The notes beneath the pieces are model-generated. The model saw nothing but the letters and a program-made list of their open reading frames with translations, had not been told where the DNA came from and did not search any database. Below, piece by piece: positions 37,175 to 49,839 of a stretch of DNA of 64,000 nt. A program made the position numbers and the translations under genes. Each line of letters starts with the position of its first letter. Positions within the stretch are counted from its first letter, which is position 1. Source of the stretch: Octopus sinensis (lineage: Eukaryota); assembly GCF_006345805.1 (NCBI RefSeq), contig NC_042997.1, positions 154,132,001 to 154,196,000 of the forward strand, read 5' to 3'.

Positions 37175-38071
37175 AAACCAGGAAATAAATCCCTCGCAGT
37201 CAACTATCTCCCAAAACCTCTACACTGGATTAAGTATTTCCTGGCGAATAGAACACAAGAAGTATGGTCGATGGAGTCCACTCAAGCGCAGCAAAAGTCA
37301 CCAGTGGTGTCCCTGAGGGGACTATCTTGGACCCGCTCCTCTTTATAATTTACACAAATGACTTTCCAGCGTCGTAAATCACTGCAAAGTGAAAATATTT
37401 GCCGATGACACTAAACTTCAGAAAATCATCAATGAAAAAGACCGAACTCAACTCCAGTCTGATCTATATGCTGTGAGTCAATGGGCAGACAAAAACAAAA
37501 TGCAACTAAATGAGGGAAAATTTGAGCTGATGCATTTTGGAAGAAAGTCTATACTAAAGCAGCCATACTCTCTCCCTTCAGGGGAACCGCTCTCGGCATC
37601 TAATAATATCAGAGACCTGGGTGTAATTGTTGGAGTGCCCACATCAACAATAAGGTCGATATAGGTCGTAGGATGAGCGCCTGGATCTTAAGAATTTTCC
37701 GGTCATCATTCCACTTTTCCCCTCCTTTGTACGGCCACACTTCGATAGTGCTGCCCCTTGTGGTCTCCCCATACAAAACAAAACATCTTGAAGATTGAGT
37801 CACCCCAGTGGGCACTCACTGAACGAATTGAAGGCATGACTGATCTCGATTACTGGGACCACCTTAAAGCCTTAAAACTCTACTCTCTCCAGTGCCGCCG
37901 CGATCGGTACATCATTTGCACTATGTGGAGAATATACCGCTAGCATTGCTCAAACGACTTGAACGTTAGTTTCAAGGTTCATCCAAGGCTGGGACCACGG
38001 GCCATAGTAACCTATCCAATTCAGGATCACAACATATAGGTACACTGCGACATAATTTATTTTCCTCAACA
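37175..38071 (+). mobile_element. Degenerate copy of the CR1 family seen at 24767..27380
   Basis: KIFADDTKLQ..NKMQLNEGKFELMHFGR..WSPHTKQNILKIESPQ. Confidence 0.9.
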
Positions 38072-39679
38072 GGAAAAACCTTCGCCACCAAGTACCTTTA
38101 CCAGTTTCGCCTCATTCTTGACAGCCTCCTGCTGAATATCTTCAGGTGAGAAGCCCTCGTAGTCCTGGACACACTCTGGCCACACCTTCTTCCAACATAC
38201 GATGAGGGTTTCTTTTATCATGTCTTTAAGAGCAGCGTGGATGACTGACAGGCACATTGCGATCGTGAAGTTACGCCAGTACTCCTTCAACTTGAAATTC
38301 GTGTCCAAATCCATTGTGTCCACAAGGTGTTGAAGAGAGTTTCGAATGTAAAGTGCCTTGAAGGCACGGATCACGCTTTGATCCATAAGCTGGATGAGGG
38401 AGGTGGTGTTAGTAGGGAGGAACTCGACTTGGACACCCTCGTGATTCAAATCCAAAGAGTGACCACCAGCATTATCCATAGTAAGAAACACTTTGAATTC
38501 CATACATACGTTCTGGAGGTATTCCTTGGCTTGAGAGATGAAGCATTAATGGAACCAATTGAAAGTTGGGCTTTTGGTAATCCAGGCATGGGGGTTGTGC
38601 ATCCAGTAGACAGGCAGCAGGTTTTTAGGATTAGGGTTCGGGTTCTTATTTTTGAAGGCGCTGGGGTTCGCGGATTTGTAGATAAGTCTTGGTTAAATCA
38701 TGAAGCTATCAGCATTGCCACACATAATTAGCGTCACTCTGCCCTTCTGTGCCTTAAATCCTGGGGCTCTGGCTTCGTCCTTCATGATGTACGTTTTAGA
38801 AGGCATCTTCTTCTAGAACAGCCAATCTTGTCAATGTTGAAAACCTGTTCTAGCTTGTATCCCTTGTCCTCGATGATCTGCCTGAAGGTCTCAAATTACT
38901 TCTCAGTGGCTTCTTTGTTGGCTGATGCTGTCTCTCCATGCAGGGGAACATACTTTATTTTAAAACGTTTCTGGAGACCTTCAAACCATCCCTTGCTGGC
39001 TTGAAAATCTTTGGGTCCAGTGCTGTAAATGGTCTTGGTTGCGGTTCTTCGATGTCTTCTGCTCCGTCTCCTCTGTCCAACTGCTAGTATAATTTCCGCG
39101 CTTTCTTGTGGATGATGTTACCACTCAACAGAATGTTTTTCTTCTTGCAGTTACTTATCCACAATACCAAGGTGGATTTGATCCTGACCAAGTGCTTATT
39201 TCTCACTGTCGTTATCTTTTTGGCACAGAAACTTACTGCTACGGTAGACCTGATCGCTACCTCGTTCTTCTTTATGTGGCGTGTAGTGCTTTCGTTGACA
39301 TCATAACAGCGACTTACTGCATCATAACTTTTACGTTCCTGGAGCATATCCAGCAGTTGATCCTTCTCGTGGAACGTCATAACATTTTTCTGGCGTTTAG
39401 GTTCCCTGCCAGAAGCCATAGAAGGTGTAGGGCGTTTGGGTGGCATCTTAGGGCTTTAATAACATGCTGCAAAAAATACAACACTCAACAAAACTACTGA
39501 TAGCTACTGGATGCAGTTTTTCACTAATAAACGTATAAAAAAGATCTTCTTTGCGTCTAATATGCGCTTACCAGTAATGGAAGGTTGAGCAGAAATTAAA
39601 AATAATCATGGTTTTGAAAAAATTAGTTTGTATTACCACTAGATACAGTAATCTCTATTATAATAATAATAACAATAAG

Positions 39680-39756
<77 letters not shown>

Positions 39757-39869
39757 CACGAAAGAAGTCGTAAAAAATTGCAGACGATATTTACAATTCC
39801 GCGAATATGCAGCGGTTTCCGCGAATAACCTGGACCGCGAATGCCGGTCCGCGAAAGAGAAGGTACACT
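38072..39869 (-). mobile_element. Degenerate Tigger/pogo transposon, 3' truncated
   Basis: 5' TIR reads cagtgtaccttctctttcgcggacc; CENP-B HTH ORF 39084..39446; FQASKGWF; LTMDNAGGH..FLPTNTTSLIQLMDQ. Confidence 0.9.
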
Positions 39870-39888
39870 GTATATATATATATATATA

Positions 39889-39925
<37 letters not shown>

Positions 39926-39942
39926 ATGTATGAATGTACATA

Positions 39943-40322
39943 GGCGCAGGAGTGGCAGTGTAGTAAATAGCTTACTTCCCAAACACATGGTTCTGCGTTC
40001 AGTCCCACTCCGTGGCACCTTGTGTGGGTGTCTTCTACTATAGCTTAGGGCCGACCTAGCCTTGCGAGTGGATTTTGTTGACGGAAACTGAAAGAATCCT
40101 GTCGTATATATATGTGTGTGTGTGTGTGTTTGTCCCCCACCATCGCTTGACAACCGATGTTGGCTTGATTACGTCCCCGTAACTTAGCGGTATGGCAAAA
40201 GACACCGATAGAATAAGTACTACGCTTACAAAGAATAAGTCCTAGGGTTGATTTGTTCGACTAAAGGCGGTGCTCCAGCATGGCCGCAGTCAAATGACTG
40301 AAACAAATAAAAGAATAAAAGG
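39943..40322 (+). mobile_element. SINE family A
   Basis: ggcgcaggagtggcagtg..gactgaaacaaataaaag. Confidence 0.9.
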
Positions 40323-40334
40323 AAGAATATGTAT

Positions 40335-40371
<37 letters not shown>

Positions 40372-40375
40372 ATTT

Positions 40376-40613
40376 CAGCGTGGAAGGTGTTTATAAGCCA
40401 TTTAAGAAACACACAAAAACCGTTAAACTTAGATAAACTTAGATATGTTTCGACCAAAGATTGGTCCAGGCCATGTCTAACTTAATAGCACCACCTGATA
40501 GGATTATTCGTTAGATTCACTTCAACATATTTGACAAATTCAATTTAGATGTTGAAGTGAATCTAACGGTTTTTGTGTGTTTCTTAAATGGCTTATAAAC
40601 ACCTTCCACGCTG
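40376..40613. mobile_element. Small palindromic MITE interrupted by a CR1 3'-tail insertion (40426..40508)
   Basis: cagcgtggaaggtgtttataagcc../..ggcttataaacaccttccacgctg; the insert matches 24768..24862; TSD cgtta. Confidence 0.88.
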
Positions 40614-40676
40614 CCATTGTTTTCGTTCCACCACACGATCTCAGATCAGGTCATTTGCTATGCAAGTACATCTCCG

Positions 40677-40960
<284 letters not shown>

Positions 40961-41084
40961 ATAAATATATTGTTTTATGTCGGGATGATCATCTTATTTA
41001 TTTATTTTGCCAAATAAACACACGCACTATATATATAAATATAACAGAACGAAGAACAGTAACTTAATATTGGTTTCAACTTTT

Positions 41085-41225
41085 GAAACATGACCAGCAC
41101 TTTTGTAGGAAGGATTAAGTCGATTACATAGACTCCAGTGTTTAATTACTATTTATTTTATCGACGCCAAACGGATGAAAGACAAAGTTAACCTCGGCAG
41201 ATATTGAACTCAGAACGTAAATACG
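41085..41225 (-). mobile_element. SINE family B, partial
   Basis: ggatgaaagacaaagttaacctcggcagatattgaactcagaacgtaa. Confidence 0.7.
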
Positions 41226-41286
41226 TGGTATCAAAACAGTTAATCTCGGAAAAAATGTCATGTTTAACCAACTTACCTTTCTTTAA

Positions 41287-41869
41287 CCCCTTACCCAACA
41301 ATTATTTTGAAAATAAATGTATTTTTTCAGACATATTTTTTAATTGTTTTATTTTACTATGTTTTGAATGGTGATTTCGAGGTATATTTCAAACCTTTTT
41401 TATTATGAATTTTAATTCAATAATATTGATTTTAAATTACCGCTTTGGGCAGAAACGAGTTAACCCGTTTTTTTCATAAATCATATTACTTTTACAAAAA
41501 ATCATGTTATTTTATTTGGTTATTGACATGGTGGGGTTATAATATAAAGGTATAAAAAAAACAACGTAAAAACAAAGTGAATACTTCTATTCATAAAATG
41601 TGCCTTCGAACCCTTCGACTGTCTCCAGGTGACTAAATCATACTCGGTCTTCAATGCCTTACTCAAGCGAAAGGTGGCAGAAATCGTCACTGCCAGACGT
41701 ATAAACTGAGCGAATATACTCGTATATGTCAAAAAAGAGTTTATAATAGACAAAGGAACTCGTTTGCTGTCGATTTTGGCGAGTCTATCTTTTGACGAGT
41801 TAACTCGCCAGAGATAGATAAAAACGATTTCGGTCAAAACGCATATATTCGTTTCTGCCGGGTAAGGGG
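41287..41869. mobile_element. Non-autonomous piggyBac-type MITE
   Basis: TTAA|CCCCTTACCC ... GGGTAAGGGG|TTAA. Confidence 0.85.
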
Positions 41870-41898
41870 TTAAAGACTTTCTTTTTGTTTTGTTTCAG

Positions 41899-42037
41899 TT
41901 ACCATTTTCCTCGACCATAACTTTTACTGCAATCATCATGTATGGTATACACGAAGAGAGTTCGTAACAGTAATTATTATGATAATCCTCCTACCATTCT
42001 GCTTTCACAAATTTATTAACTATCTGAAATATATCAG
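41899..42037 (+). CDS. SLC38A7-like: SLC38A7/8-like exon 4 (TM4)
   Basis: gtttcag|TT ACC..; FTIFLDHNFYCNHHVWYTRREFVTVIIMIILLPFCFHKFINYLKYI(S) matches WYTDRKF..ILPL..IGFQKYAS; donor AG|GTTAGT, phase 2. Confidence 0.9.
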
Positions 42038-42622
42038 GTTAGTTGTACAATTTATTCTCATTTCATATCTATTTCTTAGATAAAGATCATTGTTGTTGAT
42101 TTATGACAAAAAATAAACGACTGAAATTTTGAAATTAAACAATTTTTTTCATTAAACTTTATCATTTGGCACGTTCACAAACGAGTTCCATATATCTGTG
42201 GCCGTGCTTAATTTATCTGCTATAAAACGCAAGAAGTCAATAATAACTCTAACTTAACCCCTAATTCTGCGATATAAAACAAATTGCATTGAAGCCTGCA
42301 ATGTCTGTAACAAACATTTCGCACTGCTATTCTGAAAATAGAAATCGAGGTATATGTTTAAAATAAAACTAAAAACAAGGGACTGGAGCGGAATTATCTA
42401 AAGCTAACACCACACGTTTTATGTTACAGAAAGCACATTTGTTATAAACTAACCACGGATCGCAACCTCAGTTCGAACGCTCTCGTATTTAGTAGTATCA
42501 ACGATGACTGAATTAGAGACAAAACAAAATTATAGAAAACATTTTCGTATTCAGATAGAACTATGATAATATTTAAAAAATACAGTTAATTTTGGTGGTT
42601 GTTAAGATCAATAATGTCATAT

Positions 42623-42624
<2 letters not shown>

Positions 42625-42654
<30 letters not shown>

Positions 42655-42744
42655 TGTATGTATGTATGTATGTATGTATGTATGTATGTATGTATGCATG
42701 CATGCATGCATGTATGTATGTATGTATGTATGTATGTATGTATG

Positions 42745-42811
<67 letters not shown>
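42625..42811. repeat. (TATG)/(TA) microsatellite
   Basis: Direct inspection. Confidence 0.97.
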
Positions 42812-42817
<6 letters not shown>

Positions 42818-43819
42818 GGTTCAACTTAAAGACAGAGCAGGCGACCTACTTTTGGGAATGAATCCATTGTTCTGCCAGATGCGGGTTGATTAATTAGCTC
42901 TGGGGAAACTCCCCGACCCTTTCAGGTGAATTAGGGTTCATTTGAGGGTTGCCCCCTTAAATAAGCAGTTCAGTTTGTGAGTGGGAGAGACAGTCGGTAT
43001 TTGGGATTCAGAGCAAGCAGTTGGCAGTTGGGATTGTACTGCGAGTTACTAATGGTTTGTTCTGCTGTGACAGAGAGAGATATACAGAGGATTAGGCGGC
43101 TAATAGAGATGGACTACAATGTGAGGCATTGGCTGATGTACGGTATGTGTTAATTGTGTTGATATGTGAATTATGTAAAGAGACTATAACGAACTGTTAC
43201 AGAAGTGAGTAAAGGACTTGTTGATGTGTTGATTATTGAGTTGTGTTACCTATGTAAAAGAAAGAGAGAAAAAGAAAGGCTCTGTTGTAGTCTGAAAAGA
43301 ATTTAATGAACATTGAACGTATATGTGTTAATTGTCCTCTGAACTGTAACGTTAATGTGATTTGAAACAGAACTGTTGTCTCCGCACTGTATATTGCATC
43401 AATCTGATCTGTTGTATACCTGTATTGATTTGTTGTTTTCTTTAAATGCTGTTGTTATATTGTATCTGCATGTTTAAATGCTTTGATGTGTTGTATCTGC
43501 ATGTTTTTCCTCTTTGATGTACCTGATATGTATCTAAATGTATTTGATGTTGTAACAATTATAAAGTGTTATAAACTAGTAGGTTAAATATAAGCCAATT
43601 GCCTTCCGCTGTATTTCTTTGTGTCTCGATTGCCTCTGTGTCTCTTCCTGCTGCTGTTGTTGTTGTTGTCTCTCTCTCCTCTCTGGGTTCCGTGGCGAAC
43701 TCTTACCGATCGATCGGGCCTGGTCAATCGTCATCGCTCGACTTGTTGGGATCCCGGGTTCGAGTGATACGAGCGACGGCAGGTGGGATTCCGTAACAGC
43801 TTTCGGAGGTCCCGTAACA
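42812..43819. mobile_element. Putative solo LTR (1008 bp) in (TA)n
   Basis: Termini TGTTGTGG...CCCGTAACA; ATAT on both flanks; non-coding. Confidence 0.65.
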
Positions 43820-43913
43820 ATATATATATAGTTTCAGATGAATATGGTACTTAAGTCGAGGCACCAGAATTTAGTACGGTATTATCCATACAATTTCAAA
43901 GTAAGGCGATTAA

Positions 43914-44226
43914 AATCAAAATAAGCAACAAAGATATCCAGAGGTAATGCAGTACGATCGTTTCATGTAACTCCATTTAATTGAACAGTGAAATCACTAC
44001 ATCAATTTAAAATGTAGAGCAATCTTCAGCTGCACAAAGACAGAATTAAATCAAATTAGAACAGATTAGTATGATTATACCTAAAATCTCCAAGAAGTTA
44101 AGGAGATAGACAAAGAAGATGTTGTCTCTACTTCAGCATAGAAGTTACTAAGATTTTCAAGAAGACAATGCCTGCCACTTATTTTATGTCTTTATGGGGT
44201 CGGTTTTAATTTATAGACTAGTTTAT
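43914..44226 (-). mobile_element. PLE pLTR-like repeat with hammerhead (left arm of an inverted pair)
   Basis: Reverse complement of 46225..46527; related to 6480..6620. Confidence 0.8.
43948..44034 (-). ncRNA. Type-I hammerhead motif (family 2, copy F)
   Basis: Reverse complement: tgcag CTGAAGA ttgctc..gagttacat GAA ACGATCGT A ctgca. Confidence 0.68.
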
Positions 44227-44299
44227 CAAAACCCTTGTATATCTAAGGCTGAGAGAACAGAGGGCTGAGAGAGTAGACAGGCATTCTTGTTAGTATCTT

Positions 44300-44712
44300 T
44301 CTCTCTTTTCCTCTCTTTTACTTGTTTCACTCATTTGACTGCGGCCATGCTGGAGCACCGCCTTTAGTCGAGCAACTCGACCCCAGGACTTATTCTTTTG
44401 TAAGCCCAGTACTTATTCTATCGGTCTCTTTTGCAGAACCGCTAAGTAACGGGGACATAAACACACCAGCATTGGTTGTCAAGCAATGCTAGGTGGACAA
44501 AGACAGACACACAAACATACACGCACACATATATATATACATATATACGACGGGCTTCTTTTCAGTTTCCGTCTACCGAATCCACTCACAAGGCTTTGGT
44601 CGGCCCGAGGCTATAGTAGAAGACACTTGCCCAAGGTGCCACACAGTGGGACTGAACCCGGAACCATGTGGTTGGTAAACAAGCTACTTACCACACAGCC
44701 ACTCCTGCGCCT
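44300..44712 (-). mobile_element. SINE family A
   Basis: Full-length reverse copy ending actcctgcgcc. Confidence 0.9.
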
Positions 44713-44961
44713 AGTCATAAAAAATCAAGATCTATTATAAGCAATATCATAAGGTTTAGTATGTAGCACTTTATTGATCTTGAGTTTAAAATTTATTGCT
44801 CTTAGTTGAAAATCAGTGAATAGGCAGCCTGCCCTACAACATTAATTTGTATAATTTAGAGTTACTGTTTAAGGTGTTATCCAAAAAATACCCTTATTAA
44901 ATACCAGTTAAATCCAGTTGATTAATCTCCATAGAAACCATATAATAATTAATATTTAGAT

Positions 44962-45379
44962 ACTCTTTTACTTGTTTCAGTCATTTGACTGCGGCCATGC
45001 TGGAGCACCGCCTTTTAGTCGAGCAAATCGACCCCAGGACTTATTCTTTGTAAGCCTAGTACTTATTCTATCGGTCTCTTTTGCCGAACCGCTAAGTAAC
45101 GGGGATGTAAACCTACCAGCATCGGTTGTCAAGCGATGTTGGGGGGACAAACACAGACACACAAACACGCACACACATATACATACATATATATATATTA
45201 AAAAAAAAAAAATATATATATATATATGCGACAGGCTTCTTTCAGTTTCCGTCTACCAAATTCACTCACAAGGCTTTGGTCGGCCCGAGGCTATAGAAGA
45301 CACTTGCCCAAGGTGCCACGCAGTGGGACTGAACCCGGAACCATGTGGCTGGTAAGCAAGCTACTTACCACACAGCCAC
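44962..45379 (-). mobile_element. SINE family A
   Basis: Reverse copy highly similar to 44300..44712. Confidence 0.9.
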
Positions 45380-46224
45380 GTAAATAAATATTAAACTATT
45401 TCTTTGCAATTTTCTTTTCCTCCCTCTGTTGTGGTAAAAAGTTGGCATCTACTCGAAATATTCAAAAAAGTTTTATCCTTTTGTTAAAATTTCATTCTTA
45501 ATAATTCTTCTATAATTTAACTTTATACAATATGACAATATTATTTCAAATGATCTTTAGAAATTACTTGATTTATCTCTTTCTTAAATGGCTCTACCCT
45601 CATGATTTTAGTATTTATAAGGGGCTTTATATAAATAATCCTTTTAAACAAGTGCCACTAAGAAACTATAAATATCATGCAGGGAGTAACAATAATAACT
45701 TCTTAAACCTATAATATAACCCTTAGTTTCCAAAAAAAGATTAGTGTAAAATATGATTGTTCCATAACTTAAATATTCCTTTAGCCGATACCAAACATCA
45801 GTCTTTTATTGGTATTAGCTAAATAAATAAATATATAATTTTTTAGTCTAATATATTTTGAATAATTATACTTTTTCTAAAAATCTTCTCTATTGGTGTT
45901 AACAAGCTATATATATACTTTACCGTAGTATTAGTAATTTAGCCATTTTATTTCCTTTTCTATGGTGTTCTGCCCTACTTGATTATTTTATTTTATTTCT
46001 TTATTATTTTATAATAAGCCATTATTTATTTATAAAATTAATCTAATTTTTGTATCTCCATAAATTCATACTTAGCTTATATAAAAATATACTGGTATAT
46101 TCACTACTTATAAAAAATACTGCTTAAATTAAAATTTTATAAATATATAATTGGCATGTTCCTTTATCCCAATACTCCTTTATTAATACCAGTATATACC
46201 AATTAATCAATATTCACAGATACC

Positions 46225-46527
46225 ATAAACTAGTCTATAAATTAAAACTGACCCCATAAAGACAAAAAAATCAGTGGCAAGCAGAGTCTTCTTGATAAAT
46301 TTAGTAACTTCTATGCTGAAGTAGAGACAACATGTTCTTTGTCTATCTCCTTGACTTCTTGGAGATTTTAGGTATAATTATACTAATGTATCCATCTGTT
46401 CTAGTTTAATTAAATTTAATATTTTTATGCAGCTGAAGATTGCTCTACATTTTAAATTGATGTAATGATTGCATTGTTCAATTAAATGGAGTAGCATGAA
46501 ACGATCGTACTGTTGCTTATTTTGATT
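46225..46527 (+). mobile_element. PLE pLTR-like repeat with hammerhead (right arm of an inverted pair)
   Basis: Reverse complement of 43914..44226. Confidence 0.8.
46429..46513 (+). ncRNA. Type-I hammerhead motif (family 2, copy G), sense strand in intron 4
   Basis: gcag CTGAAGA ttgct..agcat GAA ACGATCGT A ctgt. Confidence 0.65.
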
Positions 46528-46942
46528 ATATTTGATTATATATATTTCCAGAGAAAGCTACATTAGGAATGATGATCAGAGAATTTAATTCAGTTAGAAT
46601 ACCAAAATTATGAAGAAAGACGAATGTGTTGTTGGTTTGCATGTAGGCCTCTACATTTGTCCCCTTATTCTTAATAGCTTTCCTTTATTGTATTTCCTTC
46701 TTCTATCCTCGTTTACAAGCAAGGCTACAATTACATCTTCCTCTGGTGCCCACTTAAAGAAAAGACCTAGAAACTTTACACTTTTCACTGTTCAAAATAA
46801 TTACACTTATCGAAACAGATTACATAATTTACAATTAACAAGTGTTGTACTTGTATTCTTAAAAAATTAGTAAAATACAAAGCAGAATTTAAGCCCAGAT
46901 TTTCTTTCAAATAAATGAAGATCTTTTTTATATTTATTATAG

Positions 46943-47035
46943 TACTGTCGGTACTGCAGCATTTCTGTATGTCAGCTTATTGGTTTTTGTGAAATATACA
47001 CAAACACATTCACCTTCTAGTCCAGTTAAAACGCC
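46943..47035 (+). CDS. SLC38A7-like: SLC38A7/8-like exon 5 (TM5)
   Basis: tttattatag|T ACT..; STVGTAAFLYVSLLVFVKYTQTHSPSSPVKT(P); donor CC|GTAAGT; 93 nt, phases 2/2. Confidence 0.88.
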
Positions 47036-47399
47036 GTAAGTTCTCCACTTCTTATATGCTCACTAACATTGTTCAATTCTTTTCCTTTCGTTAATCAAAA
47101 TATTTGTTTTAGCAAATTTTCTCAAACTTGTCAGGTTATCAGAAATAAAGGAACAGGAGCTTAAAATACAACATTAGTACTTCGATTTGGTACATAGCTA
47201 GATTCCTCTAAGACAACACCTATTCAACATAATTCCATAAGAAATCAGCGTCAACGTAATTACTGCACAAAAATTCGGCACTATTCAATATAATTATACA
47301 ACGCCGCGATATAGATCTAGTGTGTATTGAAAGGTTTCCTTGTTCTGTGCACATTTCATGCAGCTTCGGCAGCTTTTAGACTTTATTCCGAAATGGCAA

Positions 47400-48500
47400 T
47401 GCTAGGCAAGGAGATTTTGAGAAAAGTGTCTATGTACCCTGGCTGGCCGGAATAGAATTTTCAGTTAATCTTCGTCGACGCATGTAATCTACTGCACGTT
47501 GATACTCTTGTCCACCTTTAATTCTATAAAGCATGAGATATATCACCGTTTGCTTGATTGGTAGAAAACTGCGAGCTCCTGGTAGCGTCAAATACCCAAT
47601 ATTGACCTTCACTTGATCCGGGACTGCAGTTCAATGAAAGAGATCAACTGTGAAAAGATGTGCCTATCAAACTGTAACAACAGCTGTTCACTATCCAGGA
47701 ACCCCTATACATGCTTCAATCTCTGGCTGATTGGGCATGATTCCTAATGGACCACACAGGTGGCCATTTATCCTGACTACAGAGCAGTTTTTACTATAGA
47801 TTGATGAAATCCATCCTCTGAAATGATATCGAAACTAACTACACTGAGAAGAGCCACTAAGTATTACCGAAAGCTTTGAATTGATGCCAAGGTATTTGAG
47901 CCCCACTAGATCAAGTTTTATTTTAGCCAATTTCGCAACGATGACTGGCATGAGGTGGAGGTGGTTGTGAATAAATCTGATGGAAATAGCACAAGTCTGT
48001 GCGCTTCTAGCTACACCAAGTACGACAAGCGTCAGTCTCTTCGCGAGCACTGCCCTGCACTAACTCTCAAAACTCTACACGCAGCAGAGCTATGGATCAG
48101 ATGCTGTCCACGATGTTTCCTTTGCTTGTGTCCTTCCTCTGTAACACCACACCTTGTCAGTCAACGTATCAGAGAATGTTCCCAGTTTTCAGCGTCATGA
48201 TAAACGTCTACGAAGTGTATGACACGAACCCATAAAGCCCATTGCGATGACGATGTAAAGCAGAAGATTTGCCCCACGCAATGTTACTCATCTCTAACCG
48301 TTTCTTACATACAGTTATCGCTTCTCTACTGCCAACAACTGCGAAAAGTTATGGAGTTGGTACGAGACCCATTATCTCTGATCCATTGCTATTCCTAAGT
48401 GGTCGGGAACTGTTCTAAAAATGCGCACAACTTCCCAGAATAGCACCTACAGACAGCTATTCATCAAAATGAGGATTTATTTTCACTGCGCGCCCTTTCT
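47400..48500 (-). mobile_element. Possible highly decayed Gypsy/Ginger integrase remnant
   Basis: Only weak patches: HLMPVIVAKLAKIKLDLVGL (cf. LHPIPV..VGIDLVGP), PDQ.., NQANG. Confidence 0.25.
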
Positions 48501-48639
48501 ATCCGAACACATCGAATGATTTGTTCACATCTGTATCTAAAACCACACGAATTATCTTTGGAATAGCAATCTCCATGTTCCGCATCGAAGAAATAGTCAA
48601 AAGCTATCTTTGTCGCCCTCTAATATATATATTTCTTTA

Positions 48640-48852
48640 TTGCCTACAAGGGGCTAAATATAGAGGGAACAAACAAAGGGAAGAAGTCGATTACATCGAC
48701 CCCAATACGAAACGGGTACTTTATTTATCGACCCCGAAAGGATGAAAGGCAAAGTCGACCTCGGCGGAATTTGAACTCAGAACGTAACGACAGACGAAAT
48801 ACCGCTAAGCATTTCGCCCGGCGCGCTATCGCTTCTGCCAGCTCGCCGCCTC
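48640..48852 (-). mobile_element. SINE family B
   Basis: gaccccgaaaggatgaaaggcaaagtcgacctcggcggaatttgaactcagaacgtaacg..gccagctcgccgcc. Confidence 0.9.
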
Positions 48853-49204
48853 GCCCTCTAACATATATGTGCTTTATTGTTACTCTGATATATCCTGACA
48901 ATGAAATTTCGGTGTCAGAAAATCTGAGAGAAGGGGAAGTGATATGTTTGCGTATGTAAGAGCAATTACACGCATGTAAGTGCTCTCTACTCTATGTAGA
49001 AGACCCCAAAGTGGCTAGTGGTATCGAGTATGTGAACCACCACTGGAGTCAACTTTACCTTTCATCATTCAGAGATCGATAAATAAAATATTTGGTCGAT
49101 ATACTCGACTCTTCCTTTCCCAGCTTTGTAAATATGTTGACAATTATTATCATATATTTTTGATTTATTTTTAATGTTGTTATTTATTTTACTTGTTTCC
49201 ACAG

Positions 49205-49262
49205 ACATGAACGCAGCAAAGCTATCATATATTTCATTATAGATGTTTTGGTTTGCTACGAG
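49205..49262 (+). CDS. SLC38A7-like: SLC38A7/8-like exon 6 (TM6 start)
   Basis: ttgtttccacag|A CAT..; PHERSKAIIYFIIDVLVCYE; donor GAG|GTAAGA; 58 nt, phase 2 in and phase 0 out, the phases needed to bridge exons 5 and 7. Sequence is divergent from the family PTICFGFQ. Confidence 0.75.
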
Positions 49263-49299
49263 GTAAGATACTATCTTTGTTATTACAATGTATATGTGA

Positions 49300-49470
49300 G
49301 TCGTGCTGACCGAATCGTTAGAGGGTTGCAATTAATTTCTTGCAGTATTTTTTCCCGAATCTTTAAGTTCTGAGATCAAATCCCACCGAGGTCGGCTTTG
49401 CCTTTCATTTTTGGGGTCAATAAATTAAGTACCAGTGAAACATTAAATTTCAGACCTTGTGCCTTTATTA
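49300..49470 (+). mobile_element. SINE family B (older copy)
   Basis: gaatcgttag..gttctgagatcaaatcccaccgaggtcggctttgcc. Confidence 0.7.
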
Positions 49471-49664
49471 GGATATATCCTTATTAAAGGATGACAATAA
49501 TAATAATAATGATAATAATAAAACATTCTCATGAACAATATTATGTACAAACCAAATACATGACACCCTAGGCATAACACCAACACGAACTTCTACCTTA
49601 TGTCTTGATGTCTCTGGGTGAGACTTGGAGCCAACTTGTACAAATACAAAGCAAAAATCAAACA

Positions 49665-49666
<2 letters not shown>

Positions 49667-49698
<32 letters not shown>

Positions 49699-49724
49699 GC
49701 TACTACTACTACTACTACTACTAC

Positions 49725-49764
<40 letters not shown>

Positions 49765-49790
49765 TATAATAATAATAATAATATCAATAA
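49667..49790. repeat. (ACT)n/(AAT)n trinucleotide repeats
   Basis: Direct inspection. Confidence 0.97.
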
Positions 49791-49839
49791 CAATAGGTCG
49801 TTAATGACCGTAGAACTTTTCATTCAAACAATACAAAAG

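Noticed and set aside
45400-46220. AT-rich core as a NUMT or viral insert
   Set aside because: I could recognise no mitochondrial gene, tRNA or viral motif by eye; composition alone is insufficient.
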